Under the pieces are notes generated by a model. That model worked only from the letters and a program-made list of their open reading frames with translations. It was not told the origin of the DNA and searched no databases. Shown in pieces: positions 28,730 to 38,089 of a DNA stretch of 64,000 nt; position 1 is the first letter of the stretch, and the number at the start of each line of letters is the position of its first letter. Origin of the DNA: Candidatus Obscuribacterales bacterium (GTDB taxonomy: Bacteria; Cyanobacteriota; Vampirovibrionia; Obscuribacterales; Obscuribacteraceae); assembly GCA_965228855.1 (NCBI GenBank), contig CBDDIJ010000002.1, positions 2,112,001-2,176,000 of the forward strand. Reading direction: 5' to 3'. The translations under genes and the position numbers were made by a program.

Positions 28730-30043
28730 TCAATTATTGCGAGATGAGCCCTCGATTCGTACCGGAATTCCGCCGAGTTCGCTTGCGGTAACCGGCAATC
28801 CGGTGTGTTCATCGGCTCCAACGCGGAGCTGCTCTTCCTCGACGTCGGCCTGTGATGGGAAGCCGGCGCTGGAGCAACCGCCATTGCCTCCGTTCCCGTT
28901 CGATGCGTTGCCGTTCATGTCGCTTGAAATGTTTCCTTTCAAACCGTTCGCGCCACTATTCGCGACCGCCGCCTTCAAAGGCTGATTCATCGGATTGTTA
29001 GAGATCGCGGTAAGAACGGCTTCACGATTTCCTGCCAGCTTTCTGGTGAGCTGCATGCCGTGCTTAATTTCTAGGTATTGTTTGAGTTTTTCCTTGCCCC
29101 AGCGAGCTTTGCTCTTTAAGTTGAGGAAGAAGTATTTGTCCGGCGGCCAGAGGAATGATGTTTCGAAATAGCACCAGATCGTACAGCCCTGGCAAAAACT
29201 CCAGGCACCTTCCTGCTTGCGCCGCTCCTGCACATGATGCGAATGCCAGATTTCATCCAGATTTGAGCGACCGTTCTCATGTTTTATCTTCAGGCGCTCA
29301 TCATGCATGTGATAACACGGGAGCAATAAATGATCGTCTGGTGATACCACAATCGTTGATGAAATCGCGCGGCATCTCGGCGCTTTTATCTGATTACCTC
29401 CGTCGAGGAAAAACTGCGTGAATGCCCAGTTTACGGTGACATTATCGTACTTGGAGAGGCGATGCAACTCTGCAATTCCGTCCTCTTTCAAGGTGTCGTT
29501 TCCAATGTAATCGAAGACCGGACCGAGCAGAACGACGACGCCAAGCTCCTGGGCAAGCCCGATCACGTCTTCCATATGCCAGATCGATTCTGGCGTTGCA
29601 GTGGCGATGATCGATGGTTGCTCTCCGAGAGATTTTGCGATCTTGATGCTCTCGATCACTCGCGAGAAACCGTTGATGCCGCGTTCTTTCTTGTATGATT
29701 CAGGATCGATTGTCGATAATGAGAATTTTAAATCGTCTATCAGCCCGGCGAGTTCTTTTGCTTTGTTCGGATAGAGCGTGCCGGTGTTTGCGATGCTAGT
29801 AAAAAAGCCCATCTCCTTGGCAGCTCGCAAAACTTCCGGCAGTTTTTTATAAATCAGTGGTTCGCCGCCGGTGAAGTCAACAACTTTGACTCCAAGTCGT
29901 TTTAGCGCGGCCAGGTTTTCAATAATTACTTCTGCTGAAGTCTCCTTGATCGGAATGTTTTCCGGCTTCACTGGAATGTCGCAGTAGGTGCAGCGGGAGT
30001 TGCACTTGTAAGTGAGATAGTAATTGGCAAGTAATGGTGGCAT
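28730..30043 (-). CDS. Radical SAM protein with SPASM/twitch-like auxiliary Cys cluster
   Basis: CNSRCTYC, FTGGEPL; downstream RCRA, LPC and CQGCTIWC. Confidence 0.88.
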   Translation of the reverse strand: MPPLLANYYLTYKCNSRCTYCDIPVKPENIPIKETSAEVIIENLAALKRLGVKVVDFTGGEPLIYKKLPEVLRAAKEMGFFTSIANTGTLYPNKAKELAGLIDDLKFSLSTIDPESYKKERGINGFSRVIESIKIAKSLGEQPSIIATATPESIWHMEDVIGLAQELGVVVLLGPVFDYIGNDTLKEDGIAELHRLSKYDNVTVNWAFTQFFLDGGNQIKAPRCRAISSTIVVSPDDHLLLPCYHMHDERLKIKHENGRSNLDEIWHSHHVQERRKQEGAWSFCQGCTIWCYFETSFLWPPDKYFFLNLKSKARWGKEKLKQYLEIKHGMQLTRKLAGNREAVLTAISNNPMNQPLKAAVANSGANGLKGNISSDMNGNASNGNGGNGGCSSAGFPSQADVEEEQLRVGADEHTGLPVTASELGGIPVRIEGSSRNN

Positions 30044-30187
30044 CTTTCCTCAAATTGCCGGTCACTGAGAATGTGTTCATGTCAGGAACATTAGCTCTGG
30101 ACCGCCGACAAACAAAATATACTAGCGCGAACGGAACATAACCCCATTAATTTGGATATGTATCGATTGCATTTGTCTGGAGCCTTC

Positions 30188-30742
30188 ATGAGACATCCAC
30201 GGATTCTGAATAGAGAAGATGCAGTTCTGCTCATCATCGACGTGCAGGAGGGTTTCCGGAAGGTATTGCCAGATTTCACGGAACTTACAAAAAGCATCTC
30301 CGTTTTAATAGATGCGATGAAAGTTCTTGACGTCCCAATTGTAGTGACCGAGCAGTATCCGAAGGGGCTCGGGCATACAGTTGAAGAACTGACTCAACAC
30401 TTAGCACATTACGAGTACTTCGAGAAAAATTGTTTCAGCTCTGCCGCCGTTCCGGATTTTATAACGTGGCTGAACAAGAGCGAAAAGCGTCAAGTGCTCC
30501 TGTGCGGCATTGAAACGCATGTGTGTGTAAATCAAACTGCACATGATCTTTTACATCAAGGATACGATGTCCACTTGATTACCGATGCCGTGGCAAGCCG
30601 CATCCCGTCTAACAAAGCGGTCGGTATACAAAAGATAGTTGGTTCCGGCGGAGTGCCTACCTCGGTGGAAATGGCGCTATTCGAGATGCTTGTAGAGGCG
30701 GGCTCTGAGCGCTTCAAGGCGATTTCAAGATTGGTGAAGTGA
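30188..30742 (+). CDS. Isochorismatase-family hydrolase
   Basis: IIDVQE, TEQYPKGLG, CGIETHVCVNQT. Confidence 0.92.
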   Translation: MRHPRILNREDAVLLIIDVQEGFRKVLPDFTELTKSISVLIDAMKVLDVPIVVTEQYPKGLGHTVEELTQHLAHYEYFEKNCFSSAAVPDFITWLNKSEKRQVLLCGIETHVCVNQTAHDLLHQGYDVHLITDAVASRIPSNKAVGIQKIVGSGGVPTSVEMALFEMLVEAGSERFKAISRLVK

Positions 30743-30848
30743 CATATTCGGTTGAGCGAATGTGAGATTTTTTTCTAAAGCAGATCGAGGCTGATTCTCG
30801 TAACTTTGTCAGTATGCGCAGATTGCGCAAGGTAACCCAGGAACAAAC

Positions 30849-32900
30849 ATGAAGTACACGACTGAGAAAAGGAATAAGTCAAGATTTCTCCTCCAGTCAC
30901 CGGCTCTAGCCGTGCTGGCTTTGATGGCTGCCAACTCCGCATTGGCTCAAACGAGTGGACCTGCGTCCAGCTCACCTCAAGCATTAACCTCGCCGACTCC
31001 GCAAACTAACGCGCCCCAGAGCAATCCGACCAGGACCAACTCTCCGCAGGGGACTGCGCCTCAAGCAGGCGGACTTCGGACAAATTCACCTCAAATAAAT
31101 CCGGTAGAAACGAACGCTCCGCAAGGCGGTTCCGATGATTCGTCCGCCGGAATGAGTCGCCCGTTGAATCCTCCGGGAGAGGCATTGCCGGCGGACCTGA
31201 CCGGACCGATCGAGCAGCCGGCCAGTGACTCGACAGCGGTGCCTCCCGAACTCGTAGCTCCGCGAGCTGAAGGTTTATCGCCCGAAACTCGTAGACGTGA
31301 CTTCGAGTTGATTGACACGCAAGCCGCCGAGTTTAGACAGCGATTCTTGCAAGCAGAGGCGATCGAACTTCGCATCCCGATGCCGGACCAGATGATGTCG
31401 CTTGGCGGCAAATTACCTCCCATTCGATTGGAAGCGCGATACACCAGACCGATCTCGTTAAACGATTGTGTCGATTATGCGCTCGACCACAATTTGCCAA
31501 TTCGAATTCAGTACAACGAGCAAGACTCGCGCAGATGGCTCTACTACGGCTCTATGGGGCGGTTCCTACCTGACATTTTTCTGAACTATCGTCAAGAATA
31601 TCTCAGAGGATCTCGCCTCGTAGGCGGTATCATTCCGGTCAACTTCAACACGCCTAACGTCACTACTCAGGCTGGTTTTAACTTCTACGGTTTTCGTGGT
31701 GGCGCGATCATGTTTGGTATGCTCGCTAACAAGCATTACTATCGCGCGGCCAAGCAACAGTTATTCAGTACCACCAACGATGAGCTTCTCAGTGTTACGC
31801 GCGGCTACTATGAAATGGTGCGCAACGAAGCTTTGCTTGAAATTCAGACGCGCGCAGTCGATGTGTCCCAGGCTCAAGTCAATCTGAACCAGCAGTTGGA
31901 ACGTGCCGGAACCGGAACACGCTTTCAGGTCTTGCAATCGGAAACGCAGCTTGCACGCGACCAGCAATCTCTTCTTACACAAGAAGTGAGTTTGCGAAGA
32001 GCTGCTATTAACCTCGGCACTGTTCTCAACCTGGATACTGACGTTAACCTGTTGTCGGTCGAGAGTCAGGTCCGAAAAGTTCGACTGATTGATCAAAACG
32101 TCGATATCAATCGTCTTATCAACCTGGCTGTGCAAAACCGGCCGGAGTTGAAACAGTTCGAGCACCTTCGCCTTGCTGCGAAGAGAAACATTCAGGTCGC
32201 TGCCGCGCCGCTTTATCCGCAGCTCAATTTCTTCGGGAATGCCACCGGTAGTGGTGCGACGTTGGGCAAGAGCATTGTTTACACCCAACCGAGCTTCAAC
32301 ACTGTTCCTCTGGTAGGGCAGCCGCTGAACAATCCGATCATTCGTACAGGAAACGGTCCGACGTTTGCCGTAGATAACTCCAGTCTAGGCTTTGGACAGA
32401 CGCCCGGTTCGACTCTGGTGCTGCCCACCGGTTCGGAGTTTGTGCCGCCTACGCCAACTAATCGCCAAGTCAGAGCATCGTACAACTTAGGCTTTCAGGT
32501 TGATTGGAACTTCGAGGGCGCTGGTACCGTTGCGGCGGCTAACATCCAATCCAGTCGCGCTCTGGCCCGCAGAGCTCTGCTCGAATCAAACCAGCAGTTG
32601 ATGCTGGTGCTTCAGCAGGTCCGCGATTCATATCTGACCAGTCAAACGGCAGAACGCCAGATTGAAGTTGCTACCAAAGAAGTCATCTCCGCCGCGGAGG
32701 AGCTTCGGTTGGCTCGCGTCCGACTGGCAAACGGTGTGGGAACCAACATCGACGTGATCAACGGACAGCGCGATTTCACTTCGTCTCTGGTCAACAAGGC
32801 TGATGCAATCATCGCCTTCAACATTGCTCAAGCGCAGTTGCTTCGAGATATTGGATTAATCGGAAGACAGACTCTTACGTCAGGTCGCCTGGTTCGCTGA
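30849..32900 (+). CDS. TolC-family outer membrane efflux protein
   Basis: Duplicated OEP repeats (AGTGTRFQVLQSE; NGVGTNIDVI), RPEL motif, signal peptide. Confidence 0.85.
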   Translation: MKYTTEKRNKSRFLLQSPALAVLALMAANSALAQTSGPASSSPQALTSPTPQTNAPQSNPTRTNSPQGTAPQAGGLRTNSPQINPVETNAPQGGSDDSSAGMSRPLNPPGEALPADLTGPIEQPASDSTAVPPELVAPRAEGLSPETRRRDFELIDTQAAEFRQRFLQAEAIELRIPMPDQMMSLGGKLPPIRLEARYTRPISLNDCVDYALDHNLPIRIQYNEQDSRRWLYYGSMGRFLPDIFLNYRQEYLRGSRLVGGIIPVNFNTPNVTTQAGFNFYGFRGGAIMFGMLANKHYYRAAKQQLFSTTNDELLSVTRGYYEMVRNEALLEIQTRAVDVSQAQVNLNQQLERAGTGTRFQVLQSETQLARDQQSLLTQEVSLRRAAINLGTVLNLDTDVNLLSVESQVRKVRLIDQNVDINRLINLAVQNRPELKQFEHLRLAAKRNIQVAAAPLYPQLNFFGNATGSGATLGKSIVYTQPSFNTVPLVGQPLNNPIIRTGNGPTFAVDNSSLGFGQTPGSTLVLPTGSEFVPPTPTNRQVRASYNLGFQVDWNFEGAGTVAAANIQSSRALARRALLESNQQLMLVLQQVRDSYLTSQTAERQIEVATKEVISAAEELRLARVRLANGVGTNIDVINGQRDFTSSLVNKADAIIAFNIAQAQLLRDIGLIGRQTLTSGRLVR

Positions 32901-32947
32901 GTCGAAACCTTTTGCTGATCACGGTTCTTCTAAACAGGTCAGAGCCG

Positions 32948-33655
32948 CTACTCCACAAAATAGATTTTGTTGGGTAGCTTTTCGCAGTCCACAGAATAAC
33001 CGCCGACGAGGTCTGAAACCTGGTCACCGATATTCACGACAATTTTGAAACCCATGTCTTCGATTTGCTTTCGGACCGCTGATTTGACTTCGATTGCAGA
33101 CCGCTTATCGTCGTTGGGACGCAAATATAAGCCATCGTATGCGATACCATTCCGCACCATGTTTCTGATAGTGGCGGCGCGAAGATTTTCGGGTCTGCCG
33201 GTCACGAAGAAAACAGCGAATCCGTTTTTCCTTGCCCAATCAAGGAAATCGGCGGTCGGTTTCAAGGACGGTGCCTTCGATTGCTCGACCCAGACTACGA
33301 ATTTATCCCAGTCGAATTCCTTTGTGGTTTCGAAATAAGGGCGGTTGTCGAAGACGGTTTCGTCAATATCGGCGACAACAGCCATGTTAGTATCGCCAGG
33401 GTGTTCTTTGAGATATTTCTCGCAAGCCTTCTTTCCGTCTTCAACAGCCGTTGAGAACTCTTTCTTGTACTCTTCGGACTTCGCATAAGCGAGACCTTCG
33501 GCATTGCCCATGCCGGGAGGTTGTTTTATCGCAGCTTCAAAATGACTTGCCGGAAGCGCGAAAACCGGACACGCCAACACGGCGAGTCCGACGGATAAAG
33601 CAACAGCTAGACCAACAGATGCGTTCTTCGAAGAACGAACAAATTGATTTTTCAT
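32948..33655 (-). CDS. HAD-superfamily class B acid phosphatase
   Basis: DIDET, VTGR, IGDQVSDL, KLPN; signal peptide. Confidence 0.9.
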   Translation of the reverse strand: MKNQFVRSSKNASVGLAVALSVGLAVLACPVFALPASHFEAAIKQPPGMGNAEGLAYAKSEEYKKEFSTAVEDGKKACEKYLKEHPGDTNMAVVADIDETVFDNRPYFETTKEFDWDKFVVWVEQSKAPSLKPTADFLDWARKNGFAVFFVTGRPENLRAATIRNMVRNGIAYDGLYLRPNDDKRSAIEVKSAVRKQIEDMGFKIVVNIGDQVSDLVGGYSVDCEKLPNKIYFVE

Positions 33656-33915
33656 GCACCCCTTCTTGAGACACCTTTCCCCTTGGAGTACGAATTCGCG
33701 CCGTAGCAGGTGCGAAGCGTGCTCGCCAGAGGCTTGACTTCGATTTCACCTACGGATTGGGTCGGGTCGGCTTCCTCATAACAGCCCCAATAAGAGCTGG
33801 AAACCATCTTCTTCTTTTTATTGGGTGCGTCAGGCAAAAGCCTCTCTGGCATTGCGATTGCGAGCAGAAGGACTGTGGAAACGACGACCGCAACAATTAG
33901 AAAGCCAATATCCAT
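33652..33915 (-). CDS. Small membrane-anchored hypothetical protein
   Basis: N-terminal TM helix; stop overlaps the phosphatase start (ATGA-type coupling). Confidence 0.55.
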   Translation of the reverse strand: MDIGFLIVAVVVSTVLLLAIAMPERLLPDAPNKKKKMVSSSYWGCYEEADPTQSVGEIEVKPLASTLRTCYGANSYSKGKGVSRRGA

Positions 33916-34146
33916 AAGTGCTCCAAATTATAGTCTTTCGATGTCCCGCGAGGGCGGCTCAAGTGAAGTCAAGCGCAGTTTATTATGTATTCGGGAGTCT
34001 GTCTATGTGGAATCCACGAAGTGTCAAACGCCAGGCGAAAAAACCTTTGCGAAACCGACTTTGTGTACCCGACCGGTGCTTTGAGGGTTGCTATAGTTTT
34101 GTTATAACTTCGTCGCATTATCATCCCGCTGACCTCCACGAGGACG

Positions 34147-37100
34147 ATGGTGATGGTAGAAACCTTCGAAGTAAACGATTCTGCAAGACCCCTGCAACAG
34201 CAGACTTCTGAAAGTGTCCGTTCCGACTTTCAGAATGCTGCCAGCTTTCGCTCCGTTTTCTCTGCCGAGAATGACCGAATCAACGCATCGAGCTCAGGCT
34301 CTCTGCCAACTCTTTCTATCGAAATAGGCCGGCACCTTCCCTTATCACAAACATTTGATCCGGTTCCCGAAGTTAGCAGAACTATCAGCGCTCTGGCAGA
34401 GGCTGATAGCAACTACGTGAACCGCTCTGAGCAAACCGTCTCACGTGAGTTGCGCGACACCTTCTCAACGTTGAACGGGGAGCAAATTCGACAGGTGGAG
34501 GCGGCGTACCTGCAGCGGACCGGCAATGACCTTCTCGCGGACATAAGGCTCAATCCGGGACTTTCGGATAGTGATAAAACGGCCCTCTCGCTTTTGTTTA
34601 GAGGTTCTGATGCACGAACATCAGAGGATACTCGAAAGCTTGCGCAAATCGCTATTGATGAACATGACCTGACATCGCTAGGGGAAGTCACCCGCTCGCT
34701 AACTCCGGCTCAGCGGGCTGGTCTGCTTGAGGAACTCGGTCCTGAAAAGTTGTCTCAAGCTTTTGGCAGTGATGCGGACAGGGCACTGCAGGTGGTATTG
34801 AATGGAAAGATCTCAACTGCACAGCTGGTGCGTGATAATACCAGTTGGCTCACGGGTGATAACGAAGAGGCTATAGAACTCGTATTAACCAACATGACAG
34901 ATGAAGAGCGTCGCGCGTACGAGTCAGGAAAGGCTTTATTTGAAACCTCCGGGTTGGAGAACCTATCAGCGTCACAGTCCGCCGACCTTGCGTTTTACAA
35001 AGACCTAAATGATGCTTTAGTAGGGGCTGGTCAAACAGACGAGGTTGCTGCCTGGGAGGGAAAGATTCTTGGAACAGAAAGAAGGGAGAGCGATGTCAGA
35101 ACTCTGTCTGAGCGATTCGAGGCTTCCGATACTCCTCGCGAGCTGTTAGAGAAACTGACTGCGGCCGTCGCTGAAGATCCTGGTCTGGCGGTACGCCTCG
35201 CCAATCCGGAAACCCGAGAAGATCGCGATGCCGCCTCAACACTTCGGCTGTATTTCCCGCCTGAAGCAATGCCTCTGGAGCTTCAAGAAATAGGTGCAGG
35301 CTCATCGCTTTATGATGCGGCTGTTAAACCGATTCTTGAAAACGGAACTGTTTCGCTCCAAATGCTTGCTATTCTTAATACTACAGGCAGTGCCGCCATA
35401 CTTGGTGATGTCGCTCATGCCAACGCGGACGAGCGTGGAGAATTACTAGCTCCGGACCAGGCCTCGAGCATTCTTAGAAACTTCAGCGCCGCAGAGCAAC
35501 AGGTAATTTTAGATGTTGCTCGCCAGGGAGAAGTGAAACCAGCGAATGCGATCCGATTTGCGGTGATCAACGATGACCTGGAGGCGATCAAGACGGTCCT
35601 CGGTGAGCTAAGTAGAGAGGAACTCGCTACTGCCAGAAGTGAGTATGACACCAGATATGGTGATATGGGTATGCAGGTTAAAGCTCTTGCTTCCTCTCCT
35701 CAACAGGCGATAGAAATCGCGCCCTTTCTGAACCCTCCGGAGAGCCTGCGCGAGCGCTACAACTATGAGCGTGATGCTTACTACGCTTCAAATGAGGGAT
35801 TGGGAAGAACTATCGAAGAACTTTTCGGCGGTACGGTTGGTGTCTCCGATCAGGCGCACAATCTGGTTTCAGCTGCTGTTGAATCAAGCGTTCGCTCTCC
35901 CGAATCTAGTTTCGAGAGTACCGGACTTGACCGGAGCTTCGGGTATGCTGACGATGCGCTTCAACTGTTTCAAGACGCTAAACAACACAACGCAGACGTA
36001 CTGACGGACGGTTTTATCGCTGCAGGTACAACGGCCAGCGCTATTTTGACAGTCGGAGCTGGCGCGCCGCTGGCAGCCTCCATTCTGGCTGGCGCTGGCG
36101 TCGGGGCTGCCACAAATGTGGCAGGACACCGGTTGTTTGAAGGCAACGACTTCGAACCAAATGAGATAGGTTCGCTTCTGATTAACGGCGCAGTGGCTGG
36201 TGGAACAGCCGCCATCGGCGGTGCGGAACTGGGTCTGTTTCGAAGCGGAGCAACCGGAGTACAAAGAGCTGTCGCCGAGGGAGCCGCAGGAGCTATAGGG
36301 AATGGCGCCTCGAGCGTGACTGAAGGGGTTGTGGAAGGTCAAGATTTTACTACTGTTGTTGAAAACACTTTTGCCTCATCGCTGGTCGGGTTTTTAGGCG
36401 GCAGTATCGCATCCGGTGCCATTGATTCTGGACGCCAACTGCTTTTCGAATCAAGATTGCCTGTCACTCTTGAACCAACCGAGGTATCGTCTGTTGAAAT
36501 TCGCAGGAATGAAAACCGTCAATCAGCTGCCCCGGATTCGACAAGTGAAGTTCAATTTCGCGCAACGGAGTCTGCTTTTCCCGTGCGATCAGAAATGGAG
36601 CGGCAAATTTCGCGGCAGCAGGTCGAGAGTGAGTTGAAAAACGTCAGGGCCTCAGGTGATGCGGGAGATAGCGTGCTTGACCGGCTCCAGCAATCCAATC
36701 TAAGTGAAGACCAGAAGGACCGTGTTCTCATGGTTTTGTCGGATGTGCGCGAACACTTCCTCAACTTCAGTGAATCCCCGGGAGGATTAACTGTCGATCC
36801 TGGTCAGGAGCTCAATTGGATTCACACCCAAGGTGAGATGGGGCGCGTTCTCGATGCCGGGACTCACAATAATCTCGCTCCTGCCGACCTTGAGAAGAGT
36901 TTGATTGCCGCCATGCTCTCCGATTCTGACAAGCACAGAACCAATTTCTTCACGCACCATCTCGATGGTGCTCGAGCAGCCGAAGTGATTTTGCCTCGCT
37001 ATGGTTTTGCGCCTGGCGATGTGCAAGACGTAGTGCAAGCTGTGCTTGAGCATCAGGTAGGACCGCCGAAATTCATGTCGCAAATGTATCAAGTTCGCAT

Positions 37101-37995
37101 AGTGGGCTCTATCGATGCCGAGCGAAATGCGGAACTGGACGCGCTCAAAGCTATGAATCCTGAATCTCGCACGGCGGATCAATCGAGTAGGTTTCAACAA
37201 TTGAACGCCGAGGTTGATCGGTGGACATCGAATAAGGCTGAGTATGAGGCGCTGCGCCTTGAGCACAGTCGGTCTGCCGCTGACCAGGAGCGCATGTCGC
37301 TCTTAAAAACCGAGATTGATTACGGGGCGCACCTCACGCCGGAAGAAAGAGAGACTCTCGATAGCCTCACGCAGAAAATCGGAAATCCACTGGGTAGTCG
37401 ACTCGAGGAGACCACGGATGGTCGAGGAAAACAGCTTGAATTGACGGAGGATGAAAGAAACCTCCTGCGCCGCAGCGGCAACGAAAGTTGGTTTGTTCCA
37501 AGTCAAGACTCCGCCGTATCCACTATTTCGCAGACTTTGATCGCCGGCGACACCATCGATAACTACTTCACTCCCGGTGGTTTCTCCAAAATTGTTGGTC
37601 TGAGAGGTCCTGGATCAAACTTTTACGATCAAACGGTTTTTGAATCGCTTGCCTCTGCGGTCGCTTCAGGCGATGATGCGCTGAATCTATTGACGCCTGA
37701 GAATCAACTTCTCGTTATCGGCGCGGTATCCAATAATGCTGCAGCTGTCGACCGGGTGATGAATTTAGTTGAGACCAAAATTCGATTGGATAAGGGAATC
37801 GGACCAGACGAGCCGCTCTCTGTTCCATTCTGGAACAAGCCGCTCGAATATCCGGCGCCTGGAACGGAAACCGACGATAGCCGCTACGCCAAGACTATTC
37901 GCGGCTATGTGGTCGAGGCTCTTCGCGCCGAGCAGCGGCTGGGACCGGCGACTCCGTTTTTACCTGCCGCTTCGCTCGTGTCCCACAGTCAATAG
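34147..37995 (+). CDS. Large protein: annexin-like repeats, Gly/Ala-rich hydrophobic region, C-terminal HD-like domain
   Basis: 1282-aa ORF with GAGGA RBS; motifs detailed in findings. Confidence 0.8.
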   Translation: MVMVETFEVNDSARPLQQQTSESVRSDFQNAASFRSVFSAENDRINASSSGSLPTLSIEIGRHLPLSQTFDPVPEVSRTISALAEADSNYVNRSEQTVSRELRDTFSTLNGEQIRQVEAAYLQRTGNDLLADIRLNPGLSDSDKTALSLLFRGSDARTSEDTRKLAQIAIDEHDLTSLGEVTRSLTPAQRAGLLEELGPEKLSQAFGSDADRALQVVLNGKISTAQLVRDNTSWLTGDNEEAIELVLTNMTDEERRAYESGKALFETSGLENLSASQSADLAFYKDLNDALVGAGQTDEVAAWEGKILGTERRESDVRTLSERFEASDTPRELLEKLTAAVAEDPGLAVRLANPETREDRDAASTLRLYFPPEAMPLELQEIGAGSSLYDAAVKPILENGTVSLQMLAILNTTGSAAILGDVAHANADERGELLAPDQASSILRNFSAAEQQVILDVARQGEVKPANAIRFAVINDDLEAIKTVLGELSREELATARSEYDTRYGDMGMQVKALASSPQQAIEIAPFLNPPESLRERYNYERDAYYASNEGLGRTIEELFGGTVGVSDQAHNLVSAAVESSVRSPESSFESTGLDRSFGYADDALQLFQDAKQHNADVLTDGFIAAGTTASAILTVGAGAPLAASILAGAGVGAATNVAGHRLFEGNDFEPNEIGSLLINGAVAGGTAAIGGAELGLFRSGATGVQRAVAEGAAGAIGNGASSVTEGVVEGQDFTTVVENTFASSLVGFLGGSIASGAIDSGRQLLFESRLPVTLEPTEVSSVEIRRNENRQSAAPDSTSEVQFRATESAFPVRSEMERQISRQQVESELKNVRASGDAGDSVLDRLQQSNLSEDQKDRVLMVLSDVREHFLNFSESPGGLTVDPGQELNWIHTQGEMGRVLDAGTHNNLAPADLEKSLIAAMLSDSDKHRTNFFTHHLDGARAAEVILPRYGFAPGDVQDVVQAVLEHQVGPPKFMSQMYQVRIVGSIDAERNAELDALKAMNPESRTADQSSRFQQLNAEVDRWTSNKAEYEALRLEHSRSAADQERMSLLKTEIDYGAHLTPEERETLDSLTQKIGNPLGSRLEETTDGRGKQLELTEDERNLLRRSGNESWFVPSQDSAVSTISQTLIAGDTIDNYFTPGGFSKIVGLRGPGSNFYDQTVFESLASAVASGDDALNLLTPENQLLVIGAVSNNAAAVDRVMNLVETKIRLDKGIGPDEPLSVPFWNKPLEYPAPGTETDDSRYAKTIRGYVVEALRAEQRLGPATPFLPAASLVSHSQ

Positions 37996-38089
37996 GCTAC
38001 AGCGACCAAACGGTTGCAAAAATATCTTGCTATAGTTCTGTTATCAAAAATCGCGATGATTCTCTTACCCCCCGGTTGGAGAGCAAACG

